Part shown: in pieces, positions 49,048 to 60,108 of the stretch
Layout: each line of letters opens with the position of its first letter
Position numbering within the stretch: the stretch's first letter is position 1
Source: an uncultured bacterium
GTDB lineage: Bacteria; Acidobacteriota; Aminicenantia; Aminicenantales; UBA4085
Direction of reading: 5' to 3'
Assembly (NCBI GenBank): GCA_937868205.1
Contig: CALMMC010000125.1
Span: 29,788 to 93,787, forward strand
DNA length: 64,000 nucleotides
Program-made: the position numbers and the translations under genes
Notes under the pieces: model-generated
What the model was told of the DNA's origin: nothing
The model's input: only the letters and a program-made list of their open reading frames with translations
Database searches by the model: none

Positions 49048-49685
49048 CCCTCCCCGGCCAGGACGCCGGCCGCCCGGGAATACACGTCCTCGGGAAAGCC
49101 GTCGCCGTCCACCGGCCGGTACGTCCCCTTGGCCCGGTACCGGGCCTGAAGCGGGGCCGTCGCCTCGCGGTAGACGCGCAGACGCTCCCGGACGGTCGCG
49201 GCCGCGTCGTCGGGCCGCTGGACGAGATCTCCGCCGCAGGCGTCGCAGACGCTCGGGGTTTTCGGAGGCTTATTGACGATATGATACACGTCTCCGCATG
49301 CTTCGCAAATCCGCCGCCCGTCCAGCCGGGCTACGATGACGTCCTCGCTCACGAGCAGGTCGAGGACGACTTCCGGCCGGGCCGGATCGATCGCCTCGAC
49401 CGCCTCCGCCTGGGCGACGGTCCGGGGGAAACCGTCCAGAATATATCCCCCCAGACAGTCCGGGGCGGCGATCCGGTCGCGGACAAGCCCGGTGACGGTC
49501 GCGTCATCCACGAGCCCGCCGGCCTTCATGACTGCCTCGGCCTTGCGGCCCACCGGGGTTCCCTCCCGGACGGCCTTCCGGAGAAGGTCGCCGGTCGAGA
49601 TGCGGGGAAATCCAGTCGCCCGGGAGATTCTCTCCCCCAGGGTTCCTTTCCCGCTTCCCGGCGCGCCGAGGAGAATCACTCTCAT
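49035..49685 (-). CDS. adk: adenylate kinase (zinc-lid type, CxxC...CxxC)
   Basis: 216-aa ORF; P-loop GAPGSGKGT; lid motifs CEACG and CDACGG. Confidence 0.95.
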   Translation of the reverse strand: MRVILLGAPGSGKGTLGERISRATGFPRISTGDLLRKAVREGTPVGRKAEAVMKAGGLVDDATVTGLVRDRIAAPDCLGGYILDGFPRTVAQAEAVEAIDPARPEVVLDLLVSEDVIVARLDGRRICEACGDVYHIVNKPPKTPSVCDACGGDLVQRPDDAAATVRERLRVYREATAPLQARYRAKGTYRPVDGDGFPEDVYSRAAGVLAGEGCRL

Positions 49686-51076
49686 CCCCTTCTCCCCCGG
49701 ATCCGGCCGCGGCGCATGAATCCGTCGTAATGACGCATCACGAGCTGAGCCTCGATCTGCTGCAGGGTGTCCATGGCCACGCCGACCACGATCAGAATGG
49801 ATGTCCCGCCGAAATAGAAGTTGACGCCCAAGCCGTTCATGATCCAGCTCGGCAGGCTCCGCTCCAGGAAACGGCCGACGAACGGCAGGTACTGGATCTT
49901 GAACCCGGTCGTCAGGAACTCCGGCAGGATGGCCAAGAGGGCCAGGTAGACCGCTCCGACGAGCGTGATCCGGGAGAGGATCTCGTCGATGTAATCCGAC
50001 GTGTTCTTCCCCGGACGAATGCCCGGGATGAATCCGCCGTACTTGCGGAGGTTCTCGGCCACGTCATTCGGGTTGAAGATGATCGAAACGTAGAAATAGG
50101 TGAAGAAGATGATCGCCGCGACATACAGGAGGTTATAAAGCGGCATGCCGACGTTGAACCACCGGGCGAACGTCTGGAAGGCCGGGGTTTTGATCAAGGC
50201 GGCGATCGTCGCCGGGATGGTGATGATCGAGGCGGCGAAGATGATCGGGATGACGCCACCGGTGTTGACCCGGAGCGGCAGGTGAGTGCTTTGTCCCCCG
50301 AAGACCTTCCGGCCGACGACCCGCTTGGCATAGGACACCGGGATGCGGCGCTGGCCCCGCTCGACAAAGACGATGAAGGCGATGACCGAGACCATCATCG
50401 CGGTGAGGAGGATGATCTTGATCGGATTCCAGTCGCCGCTCTTCAGGCCGCTGATGATGCTGTTCAGGCCGGCCGGAAACCGGGCGACAATGCCGGCAAA
50501 GATGATCAGCGAGATGCCGTTGCCGATCCCCCGCTCGGAAATCTGTTCGCCGAGCCACATGACGAAGACCGTTCCCGTGGTCAGGGTCAGAACCGTCAGG
50601 AAGATAAAGCCGAGGCCCGGGTTGGGGACGACCGGCTGGCCGGTGTTCGTCTTCAGGGTCTGGAGGAAGTAGGCGATCCCGATGGACTGGACAAGGCAGA
50701 TGAGAATCGTGCCGTACCGGGTGTACTGGGTGATCTTCTTCCGCCCCAGCTCCCCTTCCTTGGACAGCCTCTCGAGATAGGGCCAGACGACGGTCAGCAG
50801 CTGAAGGATGATCGAGGAGCTGATGTAGGGCATGATCCCCAGGGCGAAAATCGTCATCTTCGACATGTACTGGCCCGAGAACAGGTCGACGAATCCCAGG
50901 ATCGTGCCCTTCTGGGCGTTCCAGAACTCGGCCAGGGCCGAGGCGCTGATGCCCGGGTTCGGGATCTGCCCGCCGATCCGGTAAATCGCCAGCAGGATCA
51001 GGGTGAAGAAAACCCTCTTCCGGAGGTCCGGAATGCTGAAGATATTGCGGATGCTTTCCAGCATGGCCTTACTCAA
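49682..51076 (-). CDS. secY: preprotein translocase subunit SecY
   Basis: 464-aa ORF with 10 TM helices. Confidence 0.95.
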   Translation of the reverse strand: MSKAMLESIRNIFSIPDLRKRVFFTLILLAIYRIGGQIPNPGISASALAEFWNAQKGTILGFVDLFSGQYMSKMTIFALGIMPYISSSIILQLLTVVWPYLERLSKEGELGRKKITQYTRYGTILICLVQSIGIAYFLQTLKTNTGQPVVPNPGLGFIFLTVLTLTTGTVFVMWLGEQISERGIGNGISLIIFAGIVARFPAGLNSIISGLKSGDWNPIKIILLTAMMVSVIAFIVFVERGQRRIPVSYAKRVVGRKVFGGQSTHLPLRVNTGGVIPIIFAASIITIPATIAALIKTPAFQTFARWFNVGMPLYNLLYVAAIIFFTYFYVSIIFNPNDVAENLRKYGGFIPGIRPGKNTSDYIDEILSRITLVGAVYLALLAILPEFLTTGFKIQYLPFVGRFLERSLPSWIMNGLGVNFYFGGTSILIVVGVAMDTLQQIEAQLVMRHYDGFMRRGRIRGRRG

Positions 51077-51509
51077 TCACGACGGCCTTGCCCCCGGCCG
51101 CTTCGATTTTTTTCACGGCCGCGGCCGAGAAGGAATGAGCCCGGATCGTCTTGGCCTCGGCGATTCCGCCGCGGCCGAGGATTTTGACCCGGGCGGATGC
51201 CGGTTTCAGAGCCCCGGCGGCGGCCATTTCGGCCGGACCTATCTCGGCTCCGGAGATCTTGGCCAGGCGGTCGAGGTTGAGGACGGCCGGCTCATGGCGG
51301 AAAATATTGGTGAAGCCCCGCTTCGGAATCCGGCGGACGAGCGGCATCTGACCGCCCTCGAATCCGCGCATGGCCTTGTAGCCCGCTCCGGACAACTGGC
51401 CCTTATGGCCGCGTCCCGAGGTCTTGCCCCGGCCCGAGCCGGGCCCGCGCCCGACCCGCCGGTCTTTTTTCCGAGCCCCTTTGGCGGGTTGGAGTTGACT
51501 GAGGTTCAT
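51069..51509 (-). CDS. rplO: 50S ribosomal protein L15
   Basis: 146-aa ORF. Confidence 0.95.
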   Translation of the reverse strand: MNLSQLQPAKGARKKDRRVGRGPGSGRGKTSGRGHKGQLSGAGYKAMRGFEGGQMPLVRRIPKRGFTNIFRHEPAVLNLDRLAKISGAEIGPAEMAAAGALKPASARVKILGRGGIAEAKTIRAHSFSAAAVKKIEAAGGKAVVIE

Positions 51510-51703
51510 TCGACGCCCTCCACTTTCACCACATGGTTGATTTTCCGGATCATGCCGCGGATGGACGGCGTGTCCTCGCGGACGACCGAGGATTTCAGCC
51601 GGCCCAGCCCCAGCCCCCGGGCGACCTTGCGCTGGCTTTCCGGGCGGCTGATCAAGCTGCGGACCAGGGTGATCTTGATTTTCTTAGAGGCGGCGGCTTT
51701 CAT
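51506..51703 (-). CDS. rpmD: 50S ribosomal protein L30
   Basis: 65-aa ORF. Confidence 0.9.
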   Translation of the reverse strand: MKAAASKKIKITLVRSLISRPESQRKVARGLGLGRLKSSVVREDTPSIRGMIRKINHVVKVEGVE

Positions 51704-52239
51704 TTCTCGACTGGTCCTTTCCCCTTGCCCCGATCCCGGGCGACCTGTTCCGGATTCTTAAGCTTCATCAAGGCGTCCATCGTCGCGTGGGCGACGCTGA
51801 TCGGATTCGGGCTGCGGAGAGACTTGGTCAGGATGTCCTTGACTCCGGCCAGCTCCAGGATGATCCGGACGGCGCCGCCGGCGATCACGCCCGTTCCCTT
51901 GGAAGCGGGGCGGAGAATCACGACGCCGGCGTCGGCCTCTCCCCGGATCATATGGGGGATGGTCGTGTCGGCCAGCTGGATCCTGATCATGTGTTTCTTG
52001 GCGTGCTCCACGGCCTTGGCGATAGCCGAGGGAACCTCGCGGGCCTTGCCCTTGCCGATGCCGATTTGGCCGCGCTCGTCACCGATGGCCACCAGGGCCG
52101 CGAAGCTCAGGTTCTTGCCGCCCTTGACGACCTTCGTCACCCGGCGGATGGTGATGACCTGGTCCTTGAGCTCGGTTCCATCGTCCAGCCGGGGCCGGGG
52201 AGGCCGGTTCCCTTCTTTGCGTGTCGATTCAGTTTGCAC
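51700..52239 (-). CDS. rpsE: 30S ribosomal protein S5
   Basis: 179-aa ORF. Confidence 0.95.
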   Translation of the reverse strand: MQTESTRKEGNRPPRPRLDDGTELKDQVITIRRVTKVVKGGKNLSFAALVAIGDERGQIGIGKGKAREVPSAIAKAVEHAKKHMIRIQLADTTIPHMIRGEADAGVVILRPASKGTGVIAGGAVRIILELAGVKDILTKSLRSPNPISVAHATMDALMKLKNPEQVARDRGKGKGPVEK

Positions 52240-52263
52240 CTGTGATTCTCCTTCGCGCCGGCC

Positions 52264-52638
52264 TTAAAAGGCCAAGCCGCCCTTCCGCATGGCTTCGGCG
52301 ACGGCCTTGACCCGGCCGTGGTAGGGGTAGACGCCCCGGTCGAAGACGACCTTGTCGATATTGCGGGCCTTGAGCCGCTGGGCCAGAACCTCGCCCAGCT
52401 TCTCGCAGCCGGCCAGGTTCTTGGTGTTCTTGAGCGCGGCCCGGAGGTCCTTCTCCAGGGTGCTGGCGGAAGCGATGACCGATCCGGTCTCATCGTTGAC
52501 CGCCTGCGTATAGATGTACCGGTTGCTCTTGAAGACGAACACCCGGGGCCGGTCGGCCGTTCCCTGGATCTTGCGGCGGATTCTCCGGCGCAGGCGCTCG
52601 TCCCGTTCCGCTCTGATTTTGATCTTGTCTTTATGCAC
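52264..52638 (-). CDS. rplR: 50S ribosomal protein L18
   Basis: 124-aa ORF. Confidence 0.95.
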   Translation of the reverse strand: MHKDKIKIRAERDERLRRRIRRKIQGTADRPRVFVFKSNRYIYTQAVNDETGSVIASASTLEKDLRAALKNTKNLAGCEKLGEVLAQRLKARNIDKVVFDRGVYPYHGRVKAVAEAMRKGGLAF

Positions 52639-53176
52639 CGGTCACTCCTGCCTTCCGTTCTTTTTTAATGAGCTTCTCTCCGACATAGCGCACCCCCTTG
52701 AGCTTGTACGGATCGGGCTTGCGGAACCGGTGGATGTCGTCCGCGACCTGGCCGACCCGCTGCCGGTCGATCCCCCGGACGCTGATGAGAGTCGGCTTCT
52801 CGCACACGACCTCGACGTCGGGAGGGATCGGATACAGCTTCGGTTTGGAATAACCCACGCTCAGCTCGAGATGGTTGCGGTCGACCCGGGCCTTGTACCC
52901 GACGCCGACGATTTCCAGCTGCTTCTGGAACCCGGCTGAAACGCCGATGACGGCGTTTTGAGCCAGGGCCCGGCAAAGCCCGTGGAACATCCTTCGCTGC
53001 TTGGTGTCGTCGGACCGGACGAAGGAGAGGGTCGTCCCCTCCAGGTTCGCCGTGATCCCCTCGTAGAGAGGAGTCGTGAGCTTGCCTTTCTTGCCCTCGA
53101 TCTCGATCCGATCGGCGAAAACCGCGGCCTTGACGCCCGCGGGCAAGATGATCGACCGTTTGCCTATGCGTGACAT
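52631..53176 (-). CDS. rplF: 50S ribosomal protein L6
   Basis: Start trimmed to MSRIGKR (ATG at 53176). 181 aa. Confidence 0.93.
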   Translation of the reverse strand: MSRIGKRSIILPAGVKAAVFADRIEIEGKKGKLTTPLYEGITANLEGTTLSFVRSDDTKQRRMFHGLCRALAQNAVIGVSAGFQKQLEIVGVGYKARVDRNHLELSVGYSKPKLYPIPPDVEVVCEKPTLISVRGIDRQRVGQVADDIHRFRKPDPYKLKGVRYVGEKLIKKERKAGVTGA

Positions 53177-53201
53177 GGCGTGTCCCTTTCTTTCGGGCCT
53201 C

Positions 53202-53600
53202 TCACCAGACGGTGCAGAGCACCTCTCCGCCCAGCCCAAGCTCCTCGCATTTGGCGCCCGTCAGGATGCCCTTGGAGGTGCTGATGACGGCCAAGCCGAG
53301 CCCGTTGTAAACCTTCGGGATCGTGTCCTTTGTGCAGTAGACCCGGCAGCCGGGCTTGGAGATGCGCCGGGCGCCGGCCAGGACGCTCTGGTTGCCCTCG
53401 GTGTATTTCAGCGTGACGGCCAGGATTCCCTGGGGACCGTCCTTGATGACCTTGTAATTGCGGATGAAGCCTTCTTCCTTGAGGATCCGGGCGATCTCCG
53501 TCCTCAGCTTGGAGGCGGGGATCTGCACTTCCCGTCTCCGCATGAGAGCGGCGTTGCGCATCCGGGTGAGCATATCGGCGATGGGATCCGTGGCGCTCAT
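53202..53600 (-). CDS. rpsH: 30S ribosomal protein S8
   Basis: 132-aa ORF. Confidence 0.95.
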   Translation of the reverse strand: MSATDPIADMLTRMRNAALMRRREVQIPASKLRTEIARILKEEGFIRNYKVIKDGPQGILAVTLKYTEGNQSVLAGARRISKPGCRVYCTKDTIPKVYNGLGLAVISTSKGILTGAKCEELGLGGEVLCTVW

Positions 53601-53622
53601 CGTACTTTTCCTTTCCTGCCCC

Positions 53623-53808
53623 TCACCAGGAGGCCTTGACGATGCCCGGGATCTCGCCCTTGTGGGCCAGGTCCCGGAAACACAGGCGGCACATCTCGAA
53701 CTTCCGGTAATAGCCCCGGGAGCGGCCGCAGATCTTGCAGCGCCGCCGCGTCCGGATGGCGTACTTGGGGGTCCGAAGGTATTTGGCGTAAGCGGACGTG
53801 GTAGACAT
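53623..53808 (-). CDS. rpsN: 30S ribosomal protein S14 type Z (zinc-ribbon form)
   Basis: 61-aa ORF with CKICGR...CRLC. Confidence 0.93.
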   Translation of the reverse strand: MSTTSAYAKYLRTPKYAIRTRRRCKICGRSRGYYRKFEMCRLCFRDLAHKGEIPGIVKASW

Positions 53809-53825
53809 GAATAACCTCTCTTCTC

Positions 53826-54371
53826 TTAAGCCGTCTCGCGGAAGGGCATTCCCAGCTTCTTGAGCAAGGCCTGAGCCTCGGCGTCGGTCCGGGCCGTCGT
53901 GACGATGGTGATATTCATCCCCCGGGGCCGTTCCACCTTGGTGTAATCGATCTCGGGGAAGACGAGCTGGTCCCGCAGCCCGAGGGTGTAGTTGCCCCGG
54001 CCGTCGAAGGCCTTGGGCGACACGCCCCGGAAATCGCGGACGCGCGGCAGGACGATGTTGACCAGCCGGTCGAAGAATTCGTACATCCGCCGCTGGCGGA
54101 GGGTGACGAAGCAGGCGATCGGCAGGCCCTTGCGGAGCTTGAAAGCCGAAATCGACTTCTTGGCCCGGGAAACCACCGGGGCCTGTCCCGTGATCTGGGT
54201 CAGCTCGAGCTTGGCCGCGTCGAGGGCCTTGGCGTTCTGGATGGCTTCGCCGACCCCGACGTTGATGACGATCTTTTCCAGCCGGGGAACGGCCATGGGA
54301 TTGGCGATGTCCAGCTCCTTCTCCAGCTCGGCCAGGATCTCTTTTTTATAGCGTTCCAGCAGACGGCTCAT
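53826..54371 (-). CDS. rplE: 50S ribosomal protein L5
   Basis: 181-aa ORF. Confidence 0.95.
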   Translation of the reverse strand: MSRLLERYKKEILAELEKELDIANPMAVPRLEKIVINVGVGEAIQNAKALDAAKLELTQITGQAPVVSRAKKSISAFKLRKGLPIACFVTLRQRRMYEFFDRLVNIVLPRVRDFRGVSPKAFDGRGNYTLGLRDQLVFPEIDYTKVERPRGMNITIVTTARTDAEAQALLKKLGMPFRETA

Positions 54372-54378
54372 GGATTCC

Positions 54379-54711
54379 TCACTTTCCCGGTTCCAAAACC
54401 GTCCCGCACTTGACGCAGACGCGGGTCCGCGTGCCGTCCTGGAGCTTTTTCGACCGGATCCGGACGCCTTCCGCGCAGTCGGGGCAGAAAAGCATCAAGC
54501 GGCTCAGGGGAATCCGGGATTCCTTCTCCATGATTCCGCCCTGAACGTTCTTGGACCGGTCGGGCCGGATGAAATGCTTGGCCATGGCCACGCCCTCGAC
54601 GAGGGCCCGGCCCTTGTCCGGATCGACGGAAAGGACCTTGCCGGTCTTTCCCTTATCCTTGCCCTGGCGGACGATGACCTGGTCGTTTTTCCGGATGAAC
54701 GGGACGCTCAT
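54379..54711 (-). CDS. rplX: 50S ribosomal protein L24 with unusual C-terminal CxxC...CxxC motif
   Basis: Start trimmed to [14 protein letters not shown] (ATG at 54711, ATGA overlap with the rplN stop). 110 aa. The C-terminus is [29 protein letters not shown]. Confidence 0.9.
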   Translation of the reverse strand: MSVPFIRKNDQVIVRQGKDKGKTGKVLSVDPDKGRALVEGVAMAKHFIRPDRSKNVQGGIMEKESRIPLSRLMLFCPDCAEGVRIRSKKLQDGTRTRVCVKCGTVLEPGK

Positions 54712-55079
54712 CAGATCACCTCCGGGGCCAGCGAGACGATTTTCATGAATTTCTTTTCGCGCAGTTCGCGGCCGACCGGCCCGAAGACGCGGGTCCCGAC
54801 GGGTTCGCCCTGCTTGTCGATGATGACCGCGGCGTTGTCGTCGAAGCGGATGTAGGATCCGTCCTTGCGGCGGATCTCCTTGCGGGCCCGAACGACGACC
54901 GCCCGGACCACTTTGCCCTTCTCGACCTTGCTTTCCGGGTCGGCCGCCCGGACGGAGGCGGAGACGATGTCGCCGATGGAGCAGACGAGACCGGTGCCGC
55001 CGCCCAGCGGAGTGATCGTCCGGAGACGGCGGGCCCCGGAGTTGTCCGCGACCTTGAGAACCGTGTATTGCTGGATCAT
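54711..55079 (-). CDS. rplN: 50S ribosomal protein L14
   Basis: 122-aa ORF. Confidence 0.95.
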   Translation of the reverse strand: MIQQYTVLKVADNSGARRLRTITPLGGGTGLVCSIGDIVSASVRAADPESKVEKGKVVRAVVVRARKEIRRKDGSYIRFDDNAAVIIDKQGEPVGTRVFGPVGRELREKKFMKIVSLAPEVI

Positions 55080-55381
55080 GACTGGGCCTCACCGAGATCC
55101 GTTTCGACGCTCGGGGGAACGAGCCCGACGATTTCGACGACGCGCCAGCGCTTGTGGCGGCTGAGGGGGCGCGTCTCGACAATGCGGACCACGTCCCCGA
55201 CCTTGCACTTCCCGTGCTCGTCATGAGCCAGGAAGATGCGCCGGGTCCGGACGATTTTTTTGTAGAGCGGATGGCGGTACTGCCGCTCGACCTGCACGGA
55301 GACGGTCTTGGCCATCTTGGCCCCTATGACCGTCCCCACCTTGGTCGTCTTCCGCGAGGGAGTCTGTTCTTTGGAATTCAT
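55076..55381 (-). CDS. rpsQ: 30S ribosomal protein S17
   Basis: 101-aa ORF. Confidence 0.93.
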   Translation of the reverse strand: MNSKEQTPSRKTTKVGTVIGAKMAKTVSVQVERQYRHPLYKKIVRTRRIFLAHDEHGKCKVGDVVRIVETRPLSRHKRWRVVEIVGLVPPSVETDLGEAQS

Positions 55382-55390
55382 GGCCGTTTC

Positions 55391-55594
55391 CTATTCCGCC
55401 TTCGCCTTCCGGTCCTTTTCGCCGGCCAGAGTCTCGATCCGGGCGATCTCCCTGCGGACGTTCCGCAGCTTCGCCGTCGATTCGAGCTGGCCCAGCGAGT
55501 GCTGGAAGCGGAGCTTGAAGATCTGGTCTTTGAGCTCGGCTTTTTTCACCAGGAGCTCGTCCTTGGACAATTCTCGGAGTTCGCTGAGTTTCAT
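55391..55594 (-). CDS. rpmC: 50S ribosomal protein L29
   Basis: Start trimmed to MKLSELREL (ATG at 55594, ATGA overlap with the rplP stop). 67 aa. Confidence 0.9.
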   Translation of the reverse strand: MKLSELRELSKDELLVKKAELKDQIFKLRFQHSLGQLESTAKLRNVRREIARIETLAGEKDRKAKAE

Positions 55595-56013
55595 CGGAGT
55601 TCCCTGTTTTCCCGGGAGACGAATCGCGTCTTCATCGGGAGCTTCTGAGCCGCCAGGCGCATCGCCTCGCGGGCCACGTCCTCGGGCACACCTTCCACCT
55701 CGTAGACGACCCGTCCGGGCTTGATGACGTCTACCCAGAATTCCGGGTCGCCCTTGCCCTTGCCCATGCGGACCTCGGTCGGCTTTTTGGTGACCGGCTT
55801 CCAGGGGAACGAGCGCACCCACAGCTTTCCGCGCCGCTTCATGAACCGGGTGATCGTGATCCGTCCGGCCTCGAGCTGGCGGGCGGTGAGCCAGCAACAT
55901 TCGCAGGCCTGGAGCCCGTACTGTCCGAACGAGAGGGTCGCCCCCCGGTCGGCCAGCCCGGACATCCGGCCGCGGCTTTGCTTCCGGTACTTGACTTTCT
56001 TCGGCATCAACAT
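55591..56013 (-). CDS. rplP: 50S ribosomal protein L16
   Basis: 140-aa ORF. Confidence 0.95.
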   Translation of the reverse strand: MLMPKKVKYRKQSRGRMSGLADRGATLSFGQYGLQACECCWLTARQLEAGRITITRFMKRRGKLWVRSFPWKPVTKKPTEVRMGKGKGDPEFWVDVIKPGRVVYEVEGVPEDVAREAMRLAAQKLPMKTRFVSRENRELR

Positions 56014-56015
56014 AG

Positions 56016-56684
56016 TCAGATCTCCTCGACCTCCGCCGTCTGCGACGTCATCTTGGCTTTTTCCGTATCGCCCCGGTAAATCCAGACCTTGATTCCGATC
56101 TGGCCGTAGGTGGTGAAAGCCTCGGTGAAGCCGTAATCGATGTCAGCCTTGAGCGTTTGGAGCGGCAGCTGGCCGCGCAGGTACCACTCCGAGCGGGCGA
56201 TTTCGACGCCGCCCAGGCGGCCGGCGCACATCACCTTGATCCCTTTGGCTCCCATCTTCAGGGCCATCTCGACCGCCTTGCGCATGGCCCGGCGGTAGGC
56301 GATGCGCTTTTCCAGCTGGACGGCGATGCCCTCGGCGACCAGCAGGGCGACGAGCTCGGGCTTCTCGACTTCGCGGATGTCGACGTAGACTTCGCGCTTG
56401 ACGATGCTCTCCAGGTGATGCTTCAGGCTTTCGATTTCCTTGCCGCCCCGGCCGATGATGATCCCGGGCCGGGCGGTGAAAATGAGGACCCGGATCTTCG
56501 GGCCGACCCGCTCGACGGCCACTTCGGAAATGCCGGCGTGGGCGTATTTTTTCTTGATCTCCTGTTTCATCCGGAGGTCTTCATGGATGAGACGGGCGTA
56601 TTCGGGGCCTTTGGCGAACCAGCGGGAGCTCCACTGCTTGTTGAACCCGAGCCGGAAGCCGTGCGGATGCGTTTTCTGTCCCAC
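56016..56684 (-). CDS. rpsC: 30S ribosomal protein S3
   Basis: 222-aa ORF with KH domain. Confidence 0.95.
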   Translation of the reverse strand: MGQKTHPHGFRLGFNKQWSSRWFAKGPEYARLIHEDLRMKQEIKKKYAHAGISEVAVERVGPKIRVLIFTARPGIIIGRGGKEIESLKHHLESIVKREVYVDIREVEKPELVALLVAEGIAVQLEKRIAYRRAMRKAVEMALKMGAKGIKVMCAGRLGGVEIARSEWYLRGQLPLQTLKADIDYGFTEAFTTYGQIGIKVWIYRGDTEKAKMTSQTAEVEEI

Positions 56685-56687
56685 GGG

Positions 56688-57050
56688 TTACCTCCCTGTC
56701 CTTTCTTCAAGGTAGACGTGCACGTGGCTCGTCTGTTTCTGAATCCGGTAGGCCCGGCCCTGGGGGGCCGGACGGATCCGCTTCCAGGCCGGTCCCTGGT
56801 TGACGACGATCTTGCCGATGACCAGGTTGTCGACATCCAGGCCGGCGTTCTTCTGCTGGGCGTTGGCGATCGCCGAGCGGAGGGTCTTCTCCAGGACTTG
56901 GGCGGGCTTGGCCTTGGCGTTGTACCGGAGGATCGTCAAGGCTTCACCGACCAGGCGCTTCCGGACCAGGTCGGCGACCAGCCGGGCTTTCTGAGTCGAA
57001 AGCCGGACATGGCGGGTCGAGGCCGAGGCGATGTACTTGGGGGCGTTCAT
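56688..57050 (-). CDS. rplV: 50S ribosomal protein L22
   Basis: 120-aa ORF. Confidence 0.95.
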   Translation of the reverse strand: MNAPKYIASASTRHVRLSTQKARLVADLVRKRLVGEALTILRYNAKAKPAQVLEKTLRSAIANAQQKNAGLDVDNLVIGKIVVNQGPAWKRIRPAPQGRAYRIQKQTSHVHVYLEERTGR

Positions 57051-57051
57051 G

Positions 57052-57342
57052 TCAGGCTCCCACCTTCACCGCTTTGGCCGCCTTCGTGGTGTGGCCCTTG
57101 AACGTCCGAGTGGGCGAGAATTCCCCCAGCCGGTGGCCGACCATGTTCTCGGTGATGAACACGGGGATGAACTTGCGGCCGTTGTGAACGGCGATGGTCA
57201 TGCCGACCATTTCGGGGATGACGGTCGAGCGGCGGGACCAGGTCCGGATCACGGTCCGTTGCTTGGTCTGTCCGGCCTGGACCTCGATCTTCTCCACGAG
57301 ATGGCTGTCGATGAACGGTCCTTTAGCGAGCGAACGGCCCAT
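57052..57342 (-). CDS. rpsS: 30S ribosomal protein S19
   Basis: Start trimmed to [12 protein letters not shown] (ATG at 57342). 96 aa. Confidence 0.93.
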   Translation of the reverse strand: MGRSLAKGPFIDSHLVEKIEVQAGQTKQRTVIRTWSRRSTVIPEMVGMTIAVHNGRKFIPVFITENMVGHRLGEFSPTRTFKGHTTKAAKAVKVGA

Positions 57343-57344
57343 GG

Positions 57345-58172
57345 TTATTTGCTCCTTCTCCGGACGATGAAGATCTGCGTCCGCTTGTTCTTCCGGGTCT
57401 TGTATCCCTTCGTCGGGATGCCCGTCGGGCTGACCGGATGGCGTCCGCCCTTGGCCTTGCCCTCGCCTCCCCCGTGGGGATGGTCGATCGGATTCATGGC
57501 CGTTCCCCGGACGTGGGGCCGCCAGCCCATCCAGCGGCTGCGGCCGGCCTTGCCGACGCTGATATTCTGGTGGTCCAGGTTGCCGACTTGGCCGATGACC
57601 GCCCGGCAATCCAAGTGGATCTTGCGGATTTCGCTGGACGGCAGCCGGACCTGGGCAAACGCCCCTTCCTTGGCCAGGATCTGGGCGCCCGAACCGGCCG
57701 TCCGGCACATCTGGCCGCCCCGGTCCTTGTGGATCTCGATATTGTGAATGACCGTGCCTAGGGGGATGTTCCGCAGCAGGGTCGCGTTTCCCGGGAGGAC
57801 ATCCACGACCCGGTCCGAAGAGATGATGGTCTGGCCGACCTTCATCTCCAGAGGGGTCAGGATATAGCGCCGCTCGCCGTCCCGGTACTTGATCAGGGAA
57901 ATGAAGGAGGACCGGTTCGGGTCGTATTCCACGGTCTCGACGACGCCGGGGACGTCGAGTTTGTCGCGGCGGAAGTCGATGAGGCGGTACATCGTCTTGT
58001 TGCCGCCGCCCCGGTGGCGCATCGTCAGGCGGCCCCGGTTGTCGCGCCCGCCCTTCTTGGGCAGGGATTCCAGGAGAGGCTTGTGCGGACGGTCGCCGGT
58101 CAGTTCCTCGTAGGCAAGACCGGTTTTATGCCGCTGCCCGGCCGAGATGGGTCGGTACGATTTGATGCCCAT
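57345..58172 (-). CDS. rplB: 50S ribosomal protein L2
   Basis: 275-aa ORF. Confidence 0.95.
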   Translation of the reverse strand: MGIKSYRPISAGQRHKTGLAYEELTGDRPHKPLLESLPKKGGRDNRGRLTMRHRGGGNKTMYRLIDFRRDKLDVPGVVETVEYDPNRSSFISLIKYRDGERRYILTPLEMKVGQTIISSDRVVDVLPGNATLLRNIPLGTVIHNIEIHKDRGGQMCRTAGSGAQILAKEGAFAQVRLPSSEIRKIHLDCRAVIGQVGNLDHQNISVGKAGRSRWMGWRPHVRGTAMNPIDHPHGGGEGKAKGGRHPVSPTGIPTKGYKTRKNKRTQIFIVRRRSK

Positions 58173-58173
58173 G

Positions 58174-58470
58174 TCAGGCTCCCTCGAAGTATTCGATCAT
58201 TTTCTCGCCTTCCTTCAAGCGGACGAAGGCTTTTTTCCAATCGGGCCGGTATCCCGAGCTCCGGCCGAGGCGCCGCTCCTTGCCCGGCCGGATCTGCGTC
58301 CGGACGGTGTCCACTTTCACCTTGAAGAGGTGTTCGACCGCCTTCTTGATCTCGGACTTGTTGGCGGTCCGGGCGACGGCGAAGCAGACTTCGCGGTTCC
58401 GCTCCCTGAGGAGCGTGCTCTTTTCCGTGATGACGGGACGGAGGATGATCTGGGTCGGATCCTTGCTCAC
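58174..58470 (-). CDS. rplW: 50S ribosomal protein L23
   Basis: Start trimmed to a GTG ([17 protein letters not shown]) with a GGAGAG SD. GTGA overlap with the rplD stop. 98 aa. Confidence 0.85.
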   Translation of the reverse strand: MSKDPTQIILRPVITEKSTLLRERNREVCFAVARTANKSEIKKAVEHLFKVKVDTVRTQIRPGKERRLGRSSGYRPDWKKAFVRLKEGEKMIEYFEGA

Positions 58471-59087
58471 TGGAGTCTCTCCATAAGGGCCGTGAACGCG
58501 TCCCGTCCGGCCACGAACCACTCGTGGCCGACGACGTCGTGGGTGTTGACCCGGGACGGTTCGACCGGCTTGACCTTGGGAATATTCCGGAGGGCGATGA
58601 ACAGGTTCTTGTTCGCGCCGAGGTCGACGACCAGGGCCGACGAGACCTTCAAGGCCTTCAACAGGGACGCCCCTTCCTTGGTTTTGGGCGCGGACAGGGC
58701 CAGGTTCTCAAGGATGAGAATGCGTCCGGCGGCCTGCTTGGCCGAGAGCGCCGCCCGCAGGGCGTTGCGCTTGGATTCCTTGGACAGGGAGTAGGAGTAA
58801 TCGCGGGGCTTGGGCCCGAACGTCGTTCCGCCTTTCCGCCAGAGCGGATTGCGGGTGGCCCCGGCCCGGGCCCGGCCCGTGCCTTTCTGCTTCCAGGGCT
58901 TGCGGTTGGATCCTTTGACCTCGGCCCGGGTCTTGGTCGAGGCCGTGCCCCGGCGCTGATTGGCCAGGTAATTAACGGCCGCCTCGTACACGAGATGTCC
59001 CTTGGCCGGATAGCCGAAGACGCTTTCCGGCAGGTCGATCTCGGCCTTGACGGCGCCTTGGGAATCGATGACTTTCGCTTTCTTCAT
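58467..59087 (-). CDS. rplD: 50S ribosomal protein L4
   Basis: 206-aa ORF. Confidence 0.95.
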   Translation of the reverse strand: MKKAKVIDSQGAVKAEIDLPESVFGYPAKGHLVYEAAVNYLANQRRGTASTKTRAEVKGSNRKPWKQKGTGRARAGATRNPLWRKGGTTFGPKPRDYSYSLSKESKRNALRAALSAKQAAGRILILENLALSAPKTKEGASLLKALKVSSALVVDLGANKNLFIALRNIPKVKPVEPSRVNTHDVVGHEWFVAGRDAFTALMERLQ

Positions 59088-59096
59088 GACGAGCCC

Positions 59097-59720
59097 TTAT
59101 ATTTTCCGGATCAAAACATACCCGCCGTTGGGGCCGGGAACGGCGCCCTTGACGACGAGGATGTTGTTGTCCTTGTCCGCCTCGAAGACGACCAGGTTGC
59201 GGACGGTGACTCGTTCACCGCCCATCCGGCCGGCCATCCGGAGGCCCTTGATGACCCGGGAGGGATAGGAGGACGCGCCGATGGACCCCGGAGCCCGGTG
59301 GAACATCGAGCCGTGGGCCCCGGCGCCTCCTCCGAAGTTGTGCCGCTTCATGACCCCGGCGAACCCCTTTCCCTTGGAGACGCCGGTGACGGCCACCTTC
59401 TCGCCGGCCTTGAAGACGTCGACGAAGATCTGGTCGCCTTCCTTGAGCGGGGTTTCGCCGTCACAGCGGACTTCCCGGAGGACCTTCATCACCGGGGCGC
59501 CCGACTTGACGTAATGTCCCTGGAGGGCCTTGCCGGGCTTGCGGGCCGGCCGGTCCTCGATCAAGGCCAGCTGGATGGCCTCGTAACCGTCGCGCTTCGT
59601 CGTCTTTCTCTGGATGACGGTGCACGGGCCGGCCTTGAGGACCGTGAGAGGCAGGGAATTGCCGGCGGCGTCGTAGCCCTGGGTCATCCCGATCTTTTTA
59701 CCGATCAGTCCATCCCGCAT
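59097..59720 (-). CDS. rplC: 50S ribosomal protein L3
   Basis: 207-aa ORF. Confidence 0.95.
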   Translation of the reverse strand: MRDGLIGKKIGMTQGYDAAGNSLPLTVLKAGPCTVIQRKTTKRDGYEAIQLALIEDRPARKPGKALQGHYVKSGAPVMKVLREVRCDGETPLKEGDQIFVDVFKAGEKVAVTGVSKGKGFAGVMKRHNFGGGAGAHGSMFHRAPGSIGASSYPSRVIKGLRMAGRMGGERVTVRNLVVFEADKDNNILVVKGAVPGPNGGYVLIRKI

Positions 59721-59723
59721 GGC

Positions 59724-60041
59724 TCACTCCCCCGCTCCATAGGCCTGGATCTCGACGTCGATGCCCGCGGGCAGGTCCAGCTTCTGCAGCTCCTCGATCG
59801 TCTCGTTGTTGTACTCGCTGATGTCGAGGAGACGCTTGTGGACCCGCATTTCGAAGTGCTCCCGGGCCTTCTTGTCCACGTGCGGCGACGTCAAGACGCA
59901 AAACCGGTGGATCCGCGTCGGCAGCGGGATCGGGCCCGCGATCTGGGCGCCGGTCCGCTTGGCCTTGATGATGATGTCCTTCACCGACTGGTCGAGCAGC
60001 CGATGGTCGAAGGATTTCAATCGAATTCTGATTTTTTCCAT
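59724..60041 (-). CDS. rpsJ: 30S ribosomal protein S10
   Basis: 105-aa ORF. Confidence 0.95.
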   Translation of the reverse strand: MEKIRIRLKSFDHRLLDQSVKDIIIKAKRTGAQIAGPIPLPTRIHRFCVLTSPHVDKKAREHFEMRVHKRLLDISEYNNETIEELQKLDLPAGIDVEIQAYGAGE

Positions 60042-60108
60042 GATGTTCGGTCCTTCGTTATCTCCTCCCGCCGCCGCCCCTTCCGGGCCGGCGTCCGGGT
60101 TCGTTCGC

